A stretch of DNA of 63,327 nucleotides, counting the filler. It is 4 parts of 4 records of this genome, joined end to end, with 100 filler letters (N's around TTAATTAATTAA, not from the genome) between each part and the next. Parts side by side here need not be neighbours in the genome. Positions count along the whole stretch, not along the records: positions 13,715 to 34,294 come from SRR22947725_4804; positions 34,395 to 47,714 come from SRR22947725_4817; 2 more parts are not named here. One strand, 5' to 3'. This document shows, piece by piece, positions 31,012-41,626 of this stretch. The notes below the pieces were generated by a model. It made no database searches. It was not told where the DNA came from and saw nothing but the letters and a program-made list of their open reading frames with translations. The translations under genes were made by a program, and so were the position numbers. Position 1 is the stretch's first letter. Each line of letters opens with the position of its first letter.

Positions 31012-31161
31012 ATGTCGCAAGGAATGAGCTCAAGGTCAAGTCAAGTTGCAGGGGAAACGTCTCCCGTTGTCATGGTGAAGTGAACTCGGGAACTCATGCC
31101 TCGGAGCGCCCTAAAAAGTCCCGCTTGATTTTCTGGTACGATAAAGAATACCCCCTCAGCC

Positions 31162-34100
31162 TTACTGGATGCCTGGTTTTGATAATCGAAGCATGTTCTG
31201 GCCTTTGTTTTTAATTGGATGTTTTGACTGGGTGGCGTCCGGCCAGTGGACTCTGATTTCTCTCAGGTTTTTACCCTTTGGTATACTGAAGTGGATACTT
31301 GGACTTGACTGACTCAAGTAAGAATTACCTGCATAACATTCCCTCATAGAAGATGACTGATCACTCATGACAGCCGTAACTTTTGCACCGATCGCGTGAG
31401 GGTTTTTTCGTGAACCTCTCAGGTTTATCATCATTGGAGTTGCTCCCAGGTCTGCCTCATTCCTGAATGCCAGCATCGTATCGTTGTTCCTGCCGACGAG
31501 CAGGTCGAGTCTGGCATCGTCGTTCCAATCAATCAGGATCAGCGATTTGGCATCTCCCGGCACGGAGAACCCGCTTTCTTTTGGCCAGACAGCTTTGAAG
31601 TATCCCATTTCATTTCCTCGCAGCAATAGTCCCTGACCCCCGTCAAAATGCCCCGTTTCCAATTGAGGGGCATAGCTGTTCTGACTGATGAGTAAATCCT
31701 GGAATCCATCGCCGTCCACATCAGAAAAAGTCACTCCGAATGCGGCCGTGATCTGAGCAAGTCGAGGAAGCGGTCTGAACTTGAAATGCCCGCTTCCGTC
31801 ATTCATGAAAATACCTGACTCAAGATGAGTGGCATCGAACCGCTCACTGTCTTCAAGCTTGGCTGGAGGATAAATTTCTTCCAATGTAGCGATCGCGAAG
31901 GAGCCAAAGTCGGGGAATTTGTTTTTCAGGGAAGGCATTGCAAGGGTTGAACAACTCTTGCCTCGGACGGGATACCATTTATCTCCCTCATACTCCGCTT
32001 CGATCAGTCTCTTTTTTCCTGAACCGTCCATGTCTCCGTAGAACATGGTGAAAGGTTTCTTCCTGCTGGCATGGTATTTGGTATTGAGTCCCAGATTGGT
32101 GACTGCGTAATCAATATCCCCATCGTTGTCGACGTCCGCTCCAGCAATGCCATTCCAGAGTCCTTGGTAAGACTGCATGCCTGACTCCTCTGTTGAGTCG
32201 CTCAAGGAGCCCCCGTGGTTTTCGAAGTATCGCACAGGGCCCCAATGATGGGTGACAAGCAGGTCTATCCAGCCATCCTGATTCACATCGCTCCAGAGGG
32301 CTCCTTTGACCAGACCGGACGTGGCCAGCGAAGGGGCAGATGCATCGGTGCTATCCACAAGTGTTCCACGTTCGTTCAGAAGTAATATATTTCGTTCCGC
32401 TGTGGGATAAGCTCCCGGCTTGGAAAACCCTCCCACAAACAAATCGAGGTCGCCATCTCTATCAAAATCGGCAGCTGAGACCGAAGATCCAGAATAGCGC
32501 GTGTCGGGGATCCTGGATGGGTCTGAGGTCAAACGTCCGGTGCCGTCATTCACGTAGAGTCTGTCTTGGAGCCATGCATGTCTGGGGGCGCATTCCACAC
32601 CTCCTGAAACAACATAAAGGTCAAGGTCACCATCTCCTTCCAAATCAAGGAACAAAGCTCCCATGTCCTCGTGATTGACATGCGCTCTGAACGGAGTCGA
32701 GATCCTCTTGGGAGGGGAGTTTTGGTATCGCATCAAAAGATACCCGGTTTGACCAGCTGCACCTCCCATGAAAATATCCTCTGTTCCATTGGCATCAACA
32801 TCGCCGACTGCCAGCCCGGGGCCCGATTGCGATACTTTCCAGGGAATCAGGGGTTGAGTCTGATAATCGTCATGATCCCTTTCAGAATGTTTGACGGCAA
32901 TACCCAATGGGATACCCTTGAAAAGGGTGGGCAATGGATCGGACTTTACCATGCGCTCTTTGTCTGTATCGGGCTCGGTAATAGTGACGAGATGTCCCGT
33001 GGACAGATTTTCTATTTCCTGAATCACTCCAGACGGCCAATGAATCATTGTTTTCTGAACTTGTGATTGATCCTTTAATCCAAAATGCAGAACAGGTTCA
33101 TTGCTGGACATGAATCCCTGAGATAATCCAAGGGATCGAACCTGAAAGGAACCATCTTTCATGACGATTTTCACCTTTGCTCCGATACCCCAATGATTAC
33201 TGGTGCTTCCTTTCAATCGAATTGAGACCGATTGATGCGTGCTTTCGTTGTTACGAAAAACTGAAACAGGCTCGTTAAAATTATGTACAACCAGATCCAG
33301 ATCACCATCCCTGTCCAGATCACTGATGGCTGCTCCGAAACTGGCCGTGAGCTGTGTGATTCCCCAATCCTTGCCTACTTCTTTGAAATTGAGATTGCCC
33401 GAGTTTTTGAATATCAAATTTCTCTGTTTCAAAACGGCAGTCTGGCGCCACTGTTTGCTGTATCGACTCGTGATCGTTGCGGCAAGATCGCTGTTCATGA
33501 AATCCCGTGACATGCCGTTAGAGACGAAGAGATCAATCATGCCATCGTTGTTGAAATCACCGAACTTGGGAGACCATGACCAATCCGTGTTGGCCATGCC
33601 CATCATGGAAGCAGCCTCAAACAACCGCTCAGTACCGGTGCTCAGAAAGAGAGTATTGCGCATGTATTGACGTGGATTCGCGTTTTTCATGAACCACTGT
33701 TCATCGCGCATGTCGCCCATACCAATCTTCCTGCTGTAATGGCTTGTGCCTGACATGTCGGTTGCGAAAAGGTCAATGAGCCCGTCGTTATTGATGTCTG
33801 CAGTATCACACCCCATGGAGAACCAGGGAATGTGAGGGAGGGCAGACCGGGCAATTTCAGTGAAACTTCCATCTCGATTATTTCGATAGAGTTTATCTGA
33901 ACCTTTGTAGTCGTTGCTGACGTAAAGGTCTTGCCATCCATCATTATCAAAGTCCCACCAGGTGGCAGCCAAGCCAATGTCGAACCCGGAGATGCCTGCT
34001 TCTTCGCTGACATCCTTGAATCCTTCCATGCCATCATTGCGATATAATTTGTCCCTGCCTCCCGCAATGACGAGTTCGATACGCCCCTTGCCTTTGTCCA

Positions 34101-34294
34101 TCATCTGAAATATCTCCTCATATTCCGCGGTCATGGATGGCTTTCGATCCGCATCCATCTCAATGATCCTGCGCTGGAAAGTCTCAGCAGTGCTCTTGGG
34201 TAGGATATGCTTACCATTGACCTTCAAGCGGTGAGTGACCAGGTAAGCGTCCAGATCACCATCTCGATCATAATCGCAAAAGGCTGTCATCACA
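31162..34294 (-). CDS. CRTAC1/ASPIC-UnbV FG-GAP repeat protein (5' truncated)
   Basis: Many DxDxDGDLD repeats, two ASPIC-like segments (GIGAKV...LHFGL; AIGAKV...IHF). Confidence 0.88.
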
Positions 34295-34394
34295 NNNNNN
34301 NNNNNNNNNNNNNNNNNNNNNNNNNNNNNNNNNNNNNNTTAATTAATTAANNNNNNNNNNNNNNNNNNNNNNNNNNNNNNNNNNNNNNNNNNNN
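34295..34394. other. Artificial contig linker
   Basis: Same N44-TTAATTAATTAA-N44 structure. Confidence 0.99.
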
Positions 34395-34639
34395 ATTAGA
34401 ATAGCTCGTGAGTATTTGTCAGCTAGCCATCCAGCTAAAGGTGCAGCTGCACCAAATAAAACAACTCCTAGAGTTCCATAAACAATTATTTCCTCATAAC
34501 TTAGGCCAAATTCTCTTCCAGCATCGAAGGCAGCCTTTGCAAATATAAGCATCATAAAATGATCTAAGAGATGACCTATATTGAGATAAAGATCAGGTAT
34601 CGAATAACTTTTGGAGCTATCAAAAGATATAATTTTCAT
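34395..34639 (-). CDS. MFS transporter (3' truncated)
   Basis: GHLLDHF, GWLADKYSR (MFS motif A). Confidence 0.85.
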
Positions 34640-34670
34640 AATTAAAGTAACCGTAATTCAATTTTATTCA

Positions 34671-35342
34671 TTAAGATAAAAAAGTTGTATAATCCGTATG
34701 TTTTAATTTTTCTACCCTAAGAGCATTTTCAGGTGCATTAGTATCCTCATAACCAATAGATACTCCACAAACTAACATTTCATTTTCTTTAAAATTTAGA
34801 TGCTCAGAAATTAAGGTATGAAATTTAGTAAACGCAACTTGACCGCACGAATGTAAACCCTCACCTCTGGCACCTACTAATATGCTTTGTATAAACATAC
34901 CAACATCCATAAAAGTACCAGTGGCTAGCCTTCTATCCATAGTGATAAACATTCCAACAGGGGCACCAAAGAAATGGAAATTTTCCTGCATTTGTTTATC
35001 TCTAGCTTCAAAATCATCTCTTCCAATATTTAATAACTTATAAAGTTCAAAGCCCACTGCTCTTCTTCTAGAAACGAAGGGCTCAAACCATTCAGTAGGA
35101 TAATAATCAAATTCTTGCTTAAAATTTTTTGCAGACCCATCTTCAATAGATCCTAAAATAGATTTAGTTATAGCTTCTTTTTTCTTCCCTTCAACTACGT
35201 AGACATGCCAAGGCTGAATATTATGACCACTTGGTGCAAAGGCTGAACACTCTAATATATTTTTTATTTTATCTTTAGGTATTGGATCAGGTAAAAATCT
35301 TCTAACTGATCTTCTTGAAATAAAAGCCTCTTTAACATCCAT
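34671..35342 (-). CDS. Nitroreductase family protein
   Basis: RRSVRRF, APSGHNIQPW, FFGAP. Confidence 0.92.
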   Translation of the reverse strand: MDVKEAFISRRSVRRFLPDPIPKDKIKNILECSAFAPSGHNIQPWHVYVVEGKKKEAITKSILGSIEDGSAKNFKQEFDYYPTEWFEPFVSRRRAVGFELYKLLNIGRDDFEARDKQMQENFHFFGAPVGMFITMDRRLATGTFMDVGMFIQSILVGARGEGLHSCGQVAFTKFHTLISEHLNFKENEMLVCGVSIGYEDTNAPENALRVEKLKHTDYTTFLS

Positions 35343-35372
35343 AATTCACGCCTCAATGTAAGAAGTTAATAA

Positions 35373-35388
35373 AAATAGTTAACTATTT
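35373..35388. promoter_or_regulatory. Perfect 16-bp palindrome, candidate operator
   Basis: AAATAGTTAACTATTT, 30 nt upstream of the nitroreductase ATG. Confidence 0.55.
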
Positions 35389-35434
35389 AACTATTTACAT
35401 ATTTTATTTTTAATCAATTAATTAATTAATTTAT

Positions 35435-36151
35435 TTAGTTTTCTGCAAAGATTTTCCTAAAGAAGTTTACTTTATCAATTCTTGCAAATAAATATGGTTG
35501 GGTTTCTTTTATAGATTCTGTTATTCTGTTGGTCTTAGAAAAGTTGATTTTTGTTTTTATTTTATTATCAGCAATTTGTGTTGGTTTTTTCTTGTTTGAC
35601 TTCCAAAAACTTAAAACTTTCTTCAAATATGGCTTGTTTTTAACTGGGTCGGAAGAATGATAATGTTTTATGGCTTTTTCCCATGAACCATGTTTGTTTT
35701 TTAACTGTATCAAAAATGAAGCTGCATAAGAAACATTTGGTTCAATAGATAACATGTCTTTTATATTTTTAAAGTTCTGTTTATGCCATTTTAAGTTAAT
35801 TTGCATACAACCTACATCAAGATTATTATCACCTTTTTTAGTATGCTTTAATAAATATGATTTCATCTGATTTTTGTTATCGAAAAACAAACTTTTTCCA
35901 GCATGGTTAATTGTCCAAGGCCATATCACCATTTCATTATTTTTTAATATTCTTCCTGCTTCTGCTCGACCAATTCCCAAAAGTAAGCCACTTGGAATGT
36001 CAGTTATATTTTCAATATTTCGAATAACATCTTTGCATTTAGATTTAATTTCTAATGCAAATGAACTTTTCAACATAAATAATATGTATGCTGTAATTAT
36101 TAAGGTAATATTAAACAACTTTTTTAAGGACATAATAAAGGTAATTAGCAA
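35435..36151 (-). CDS. Lytic transglycosylase (SLT domain)
   Basis: AEAG catalytic Glu, WPWTIN, DVGCMQIN, NVSYAASFL, YHS; start uncertain. Confidence 0.88.
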   Translation of the reverse strand: MLITFIMSLKKLFNITLIITAYILFMLKSSFALEIKSKCKDVIRNIENITDIPSGLLLGIGRAEAGRILKNNEMVIWPWTINHAGKSLFFDNKNQMKSYLLKHTKKGDNNLDVGCMQINLKWHKQNFKNIKDMLSIEPNVSYAASFLIQLKNKHGSWEKAIKHYHSSDPVKNKPYLKKVLSFWKSNKKKPTQIADNKIKTKINFSKTNRITESIKETQPYLFARIDKVNFFRKIFAEN

Positions 36152-36171
36152 TCAGTATGCCATATAAAAAA

Positions 36172-36957
36172 TCATCTTAATTTTTTATAGTCTGGAGACC
36201 TTTTTTCTAAAAAAGAGTCTATACCTTCTATACTTTCATTGTCTCCTTGAGATTGAACCATGAAATCTGTTTCTAATTTAATTTGTTCAGCAAAATTATT
36301 ACCGTAGGCAGACCTAGTTAATTTTTTAATTCTTGATATTGAATTTTTAGGAAGATTTTCAAAGTTTTTTGAAAGTTCCATTGCAGTTTCTTTTGCATTA
36401 CCTTTTTGAGCTAAAACATTAACAGCACCGATTTGAAATAATCTAGAAGAATCAATTTTTCCTCCTATCATGGCCATTTCAGAAAGTAATTGACGTGGCA
36501 TTGTTTCAGACAAAAATTTTGTTGCAGCTCCATCAGGAGTAAGACCAATTTTTACATAAGCTAAAGAAAAGAATGTGTGTTCACTCATAACAACAAGGTC
36601 GCATGCCATAGCCAATGATACACCTGCGCCAGCTGCACCACCCTCTATTGCAGAGATCACAGGTTTTGAACAATTATATATAGCTTCTATAGTTCCATTT
36701 AATTGATTTAAAGTTTCATATCTTTGTTCTTCGGTCATTGAACGTCTTGTTTTTAAAGCATTCAAGTCACCACCTGCGCAAAAAAAATCTCCTTCACCAG
36801 TAATTACAATTGAAAAAACGTCTTTGTTTTCTTCTGCTATTTTGATTGATGATTGAAATTCGTCATGAAACCCTTTTATCATTGAATTTCTTTTTGTAGG
36901 ATTGTTTAAAGTCAATAACATTGTGTTGCCATGGATTGTGTTTTCAATAATAGACAT
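36172..36957 (-). CDS. Enoyl-CoA hydratase/isomerase family
   Basis: FCAGGDL, KPVISAIEGGAAGAG, GLTPDG. Confidence 0.92.
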   Translation of the reverse strand: MSIIENTIHGNTMLLTLNNPTKRNSMIKGFHDEFQSSIKIAEENKDVFSIVITGEGDFFCAGGDLNALKTRRSMTEEQRYETLNQLNGTIEAIYNCSKPVISAIEGGAAGAGVSLAMACDLVVMSEHTFFSLAYVKIGLTPDGAATKFLSETMPRQLLSEMAMIGGKIDSSRLFQIGAVNVLAQKGNAKETAMELSKNFENLPKNSISRIKKLTRSAYGNNFAEQIKLETDFMVQSQGDNESIEGIDSFLEKRSPDYKKLR

Positions 36958-37054
36958 ATAATTCCTGTATTTTAAAAATTTAAAGATAATATATTATTGA
37001 ATTTAATGATAAGTTTCGTCAACCTTCAAAAAATAAAAACAGGAATTCAAACAC

Positions 37055-38305
37055 ATGATGGAAAAAGAGGAAGCATTAAAATTAATTATGAATGCAGCTC
37101 TAGAAGCCGCTATGCCACGAGGTAAGTTTAATTATATTCCTGAACCACCTAAAGGAAATTTAATTTTATTAGGGGCCGGCAAAGCTGCCGCGAGTATGGC
37201 TGCTGAGTTTGAAAACATCTATAATTATCCACTACAGGGATTAGTAATAACGAGATATGGTCATTTTACGGATACTAAGTTTATTAAAGTTCATGAAGCT
37301 TCACACCCAAACCCTGATAAAGCAGGTTTGTTAGCCACCCAAAAGTTATTTAATATAGCAAATAAAGCAACAAAGAATGATCATATAGTTTTTTTAATTT
37401 CTGGGGGTGCATCATCACTACTCACATTACCCTTTAATGGTGTCTCCTTTGAAGAGAAACAAAGAATAAATAATGAACTTTTAAAATCTGGTGCTCCAAT
37501 TGATAAAATGAATATCGTTAGAAGATCACTTTCTCAAATCAAAGGAGGGCGACTAGCTGCGGCTATTTTTCCTGCAAGGCTTACAACTTATATGATTTCA
37601 GACATACCAGGTGATGATCCAGCCTATATTGGTTCTGGGCCCACTATTCAAGCAAATGGTAAGAATGAAGACGCTATTTCTATATTAGAAAGTTATAAAA
37701 TAAATATTAGTGAGGAGCTTCATGATATTATTATTAAAAATTCATTACCCCAGATTCATAATACTCCTAAGTATATGCTTGCAACTCCAATGATGGCGCT
37801 TAAAAATGCAGCTAAAGTAGCTGATGAACAAGGTTTTATTCCTATAATTTTGTCTGACACTTTAGAAGGTGAAGCGCATGCTGAGGGAAAAAAAATGGCT
37901 GAATTAGCACTGCAAATTAAAAAAGATAAAAAATACAAAAATATAAATTTGAATAAACCCATAATACTTTTATCAGGAGGAGAGACAACAGTCACAGTTA
38001 AAGGTGACGGTAAAGGAGGAAGAAACACAGAGTTTATGTTATCCATGGCCATAAACTTAGATAAAATGAAAGGTATAAGTGCTCTGGCAATTGATACAGA
38101 TGGTATCGACGGCATTGAGGATAATGCTGGTGCATATATATCTGAAAATACTTTAAATAAGGCTGGATTTTCTAATAAAAACCCAGAAAATTACCTAAGT
38201 AACAACGATTCATATACATTTTTTAAATCAATAGATGACTTGATATATACTTCACCAACATTAACAAACGTGAATGATTTTAGAGCAGTTTTAATTGAAC
38301 CTTAA
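37055..38305 (+). CDS. Class II glycerate kinase (MOFRL/TtuD type)
   Basis: GAGKAA, ISGGASSL, KGG, GGETTV, GGRN, TDGIDG, TNVND. Confidence 0.92.
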   Translation: MMEKEEALKLIMNAALEAAMPRGKFNYIPEPPKGNLILLGAGKAAASMAAEFENIYNYPLQGLVITRYGHFTDTKFIKVHEASHPNPDKAGLLATQKLFNIANKATKNDHIVFLISGGASSLLTLPFNGVSFEEKQRINNELLKSGAPIDKMNIVRRSLSQIKGGRLAAAIFPARLTTYMISDIPGDDPAYIGSGPTIQANGKNEDAISILESYKINISEELHDIIIKNSLPQIHNTPKYMLATPMMALKNAAKVADEQGFIPIILSDTLEGEAHAEGKKMAELALQIKKDKKYKNINLNKPIILLSGGETTVTVKGDGKGGRNTEFMLSMAINLDKMKGISALAIDTDGIDGIEDNAGAYISENTLNKAGFSNKNPENYLSNNDSYTFFKSIDDLIYTSPTLTNVNDFRAVLIEP

Positions 38306-38311
38306 AAACAA

Positions 38312-38908
38312 TTAAGGGCTAACAGGTATTGTTTCATTGAACCCTGGAAGTTTTAATGCAACATCTTCGTACCAATTTTTAATATTAGGTCTATTGGTTT
38401 CCCAGTCCCTTACATTCCTAAATGTCAAATAACCTAGTGCAGAAGCTAAACCTATATTAGCAGCATCAAATCCCGATGGATCAGTCCAATTAACTATATC
38501 CAATTCTATGAAATCTAGGGTTTTATCGATTTTCCCTATTTGCAAATCCAACCACATTTTAGAGGGAACTTCGCCACCTGCATATCTATCGGAGTAAACT
38601 ACCAACAAAGAAGCATCAATTATTCCTTCAGCCAAAGCTGATCTTGTTAAAACTATATCTCTATCTTTTCCAGAAGCAGGAATAAGGCCCCCACCTTCTC
38701 TATTAAAATGGTCGATAATTACTCTACTATCAAAGAGACAATCTCCATTGGGCTTTTCAACTATTGGTATTTTCCCTAAAGGATTTTTACTTCTAATGTC
38801 TTTATCATCAGTGAGAAGTTCTAATTGTTTATCTAAGCCTGATCTAAAAGCAGCTAGCATTACTTTACGAACATATGGAGAAGCAGGACTGAAAGTTAAT
38901 TTATACAT
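38312..38908 (-). CDS. Glutathione S-transferase family
   Basis: SPYVRKV, NPLGKIP, FDSRVI. Confidence 0.9.
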   Translation of the reverse strand: MYKLTFSPASPYVRKVMLAAFRSGLDKQLELLTDDKDIRSKNPLGKIPIVEKPNGDCLFDSRVIIDHFNREGGGLIPASGKDRDIVLTRSALAEGIIDASLLVVYSDRYAGGEVPSKMWLDLQIGKIDKTLDFIELDIVNWTDPSGFDAANIGLASALGYLTFRNVRDWETNRPNIKNWYEDVALKLPGFNETIPVSP

Positions 38909-39003
38909 TACAACACCTATAAAATTATAGTTTTAAAACTTAGATTGCTTTAATGCAAACTTTAAAATTTGATGCTATATTTATATTTTAATAGAAGGCT
39001 TTT

Positions 39004-40077
39004 ATGAAATATCTAATTGTGACACAGACTTTTCCTCCAAGATCAGGTGGAATGCAAACAGTAATGGAGACAATAAGTAAAAAGCTAGCAACTTTTGAAG
39101 AAACACATGTTTTTCCTGATCACTTTCTTAAAAAAGACTTTAACATTTCTAATTCCAATTTTCATATTCATAACAACTTCACTCCAAAGTTATTAAGACA
39201 TTTCGTGAAAAAGAATTTAGTAGCCAAAATATATGAAGATAACGACATAGTTATTTGTGACAGCTGGAAATCTATTAATGCTGTCCCAGACAAAGTAAAA
39301 AAAATTATAGTTTTTGCACATGGACAAGAATATCTAGCAAAGAAAAAAACTAATCTCATTAAAAAATCTCTTGATAGAGCTGGACACATAATCTGTAGTT
39401 CTAGTTATACTCTGAATTTAATAGATAACCTCAACATTACTAACGCTAAAAAATCCGTAATCCCACCTACCTATTCACTAAAAGAAACTAATGAGAATCA
39501 CGTTGGTAAAAAATTAACAAAAAAAATATCAATACTTTCTATTACAAGACTTGAAAAGAGAAAGGGTATAATACCTGTTTTAAAATCTCTAGGCCATCTT
39601 CATAAAGAAAAATTAATAAAACCTTTCATATGGGAAATATGTGGAGAAGGAAACCAAGAAACTGAAATTAAAAAGTATATTGACAATTTAGGTTTGAGTA
39701 AGCACGTCAGATTACTAGGAAAAGTTTCTGATGAAATTAAAAATAAACTTTTAAAAAAAACAGATCTTTTTGTAATGCCTTCTTATAAAGTTAAAAATTC
39801 TATAGAAGGTTTTGGTATTTCTTATCTTGAAGCTGCTTCTTATGGTGTGCCGTCAATTGCAGGGGTTGAAGGTGGGGTTAGAGATGCAGTTTTTGATATG
39901 AAAACTGGTTGGTGTATTGATCCATTAAATTCAAGCCTACTTTTGGATACTATTAAGGAAGCTATAAACAATAAAGATAAAAGAGAGAAGTTTGGGCTTG
40001 AAGCAAAAAAACAATTTTCTAAAAAATTTCTAGGAGAAAAAGTTTTCCGGAAATTTATGAATACCATTAATTCCTAA
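39004..40077 (+). CDS. GT4 glycosyltransferase
   Basis: FPPRSGG, RLEKRKG, EGFGISYLEA. Confidence 0.9.
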   Translation: MKYLIVTQTFPPRSGGMQTVMETISKKLATFEETHVFPDHFLKKDFNISNSNFHIHNNFTPKLLRHFVKKNLVAKIYEDNDIVICDSWKSINAVPDKVKKIIVFAHGQEYLAKKKTNLIKKSLDRAGHIICSSSYTLNLIDNLNITNAKKSVIPPTYSLKETNENHVGKKLTKKISILSITRLEKRKGIIPVLKSLGHLHKEKLIKPFIWEICGEGNQETEIKKYIDNLGLSKHVRLLGKVSDEIKNKLLKKTDLFVMPSYKVKNSIEGFGISYLEAASYGVPSIAGVEGGVRDAVFDMKTGWCIDPLNSSLLLDTIKEAINNKDKREKFGLEAKKQFSKKFLGEKVFRKFMNTINS

Positions 40078-40377
40078 ATCTAAATCAAATCTTTTATCTT
40101 CTAATTTAGTTTGTATGTTTCCATAATAATGAGGGAAAAGATCCCCATCCCTAGATGCTTCCCATTTAAGTTTATTTTGTATTTTATTTTCATCAAATTG
40201 TATAATTAACAGATCTTCTTGACCTGCAAAATGTTTTGAAACTGTTACTTGTACTTGATTAATTGTAGATAAATGAATAAAACCGTCATTTATATCAACC
40301 TCTGAACCTGAATAAAAACCAACCTCAGTTGCATCGCTCCATTCTTTTTTTGAACATACTTTATATACGTAGGTCAT
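40030..40377 (-). CDS. DUF952 domain protein
   Basis: DGFIHLST, LKWE, FPHYYG; 48-nt convergent overlap with GT4. Confidence 0.88.
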   Translation of the reverse strand: MTYVYKVCSKKEWSDATEVGFYSGSEVDINDGFIHLSTINQVQVTVSKHFAGQEDLLIIQFDENKIQNKLKWEASRDGDLFPHYYGNIQTKLEDKRFDLDLGINGIHKFPENFFS

Positions 40378-41291
40378 TTGGAATTTTCACTCATAAACTT
40401 TTCTATTAAGTCAATTAGAATTTGTGGTTCATCTTCTTGTGAATAGTGTCCAGCATTTGGTATTTTAGTAACACTGGAATTAGGAAAAAGAGCTTTAAAA
40501 TCTCTAATTGCATAGTTTGGATCAATGGCTTTGTCTTGCATGCCATAAGCTAAAATTGCCGGCTTAGAGCATAATTCGCTCAAATTGCCCTGCTTAATAC
40601 CTTCAACTATAAATGGTACAATTCTATTTAAAAGTGCATCAAGGGGAAAATTAATAGCACCTATACAACTAGCCCTATCAGGAAATTGTGAAGAGTAAGC
40701 ATTAATCCAATTATCGTTTATAATATTATTATTTGTAAAATTTGGAATTTTCATCACTGATAAAACCGTTGATCCAAGCTCACCTAAAATTCCTTCAAGT
40801 GTATTTGCTTCATGATGTTTTTTTATCCATTTGAACCATGGAGTTAAACCTTTAGGTCTTTCTTCTTTGCTATATCCAAATAAAGTATTTATTAAAACGT
40901 AACCTTTTACTCTATCAATATTTCTTATTGAGTAAGCCCCAGTAATAGGTCCACCCCAATCTTGTCCAACAAAAGTTATATTTTTTAAATCTAAAAAATC
41001 AATTAACCTTGCAAGGTTTTCCACGTGGGTTTTAAGAGTATATTCTTTATCTTGAGGAGTTTCTGACTTCCCAAAACCCATCAAATCAGGAACTATTACT
41101 CTATATTTCTCTGATAACTGAGGGATAAAATTTCTATAAATATACCCCCAAGTTGGTTCCCCATGGAGCATTAAGATAGGATTTCCATCTTTTGGACCTT
41201 CATCAATATAGTGCTGTTTAAAACCATTTCCATTGAAGAAGTTAGGTTTAAATGGCCAGGTTCCTCTGAATGTTTCATCATGATTAATCAT
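40374..41291 (-). CDS. Haloalkane dehalogenase-like alpha/beta hydrolase
   Basis: HGEPTW, PDLMGFGKS, QDWGG (Asp nucleophile), AGHYSQED. Confidence 0.8.
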   Translation of the reverse strand: MINHDETFRGTWPFKPNFFNGNGFKQHYIDEGPKDGNPILMLHGEPTWGYIYRNFIPQLSEKYRVIVPDLMGFGKSETPQDKEYTLKTHVENLARLIDFLDLKNITFVGQDWGGPITGAYSIRNIDRVKGYVLINTLFGYSKEERPKGLTPWFKWIKKHHEANTLEGILGELGSTVLSVMKIPNFTNNNIINDNWINAYSSQFPDRASCIGAINFPLDALLNRIVPFIVEGIKQGNLSELCSKPAILAYGMQDKAIDPNYAIRDFKALFPNSSVTKIPNAGHYSQEDEPQILIDLIEKFMSENSK

Positions 41292-41313
41292 ATTTCAAAA
41301 ACCTTAAGAATAT

Positions 41314-41625
41314 TTATGTTTCTGTACTTGCTGCCTCTTTTTCATATGTATAAGCACACACTCCAACAAAATTATTTTCTTTAAAAACCAAACTCTCTTT
41401 CAAGTCAGCAATAATAGAAATATAATTTTCTTCAAATTTATTTAATGAGTCTGGATTTTCAAATTTAATTGAAACATTCAAATCTCCAGTTTGTCCAATA
41501 AAAATATTTAGACCTACAATGTTGAAAGAGGAAATTTGTGATCCAAATTTTTCTGAGCAAAAAGAGGCGGCTAACTTTGCTTCACTTACTGACGTAAATT
41601 TAAAATTTAATATTTTCCCAAACAT
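41314..41625 (-). CDS. Hypothetical protein (103 aa)
   Basis: ATG 1 nt after the GAF gene stop, preceded by AAGG; alternating beta/alpha pattern. Confidence 0.75.
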   Translation of the reverse strand: MFGKILNFKFTSVSEAKLAASFCSEKFGSQISSFNIVGLNIFIGQTGDLNVSIKFENPDSLNKFEENYISIIADLKESLVFKENNFVGVCAYTYEKEAASTET

Positions 41626-41626
41626 T

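Noticed and set aside
29695..34294. Recurrent similar nucleotide motifs resembling a repeat array or CRISPR
   Set aside because: They encode DxDxDG FG-GAP repeats; no identical repeats with unique spacers and no cas genes.
35418..35429. TTAATTAATTAA identical to the linker core
   Set aside because: No flanking Ns, no truncated genes and no composition shift; consistent with low-complexity AT-rich intergenic DNA.
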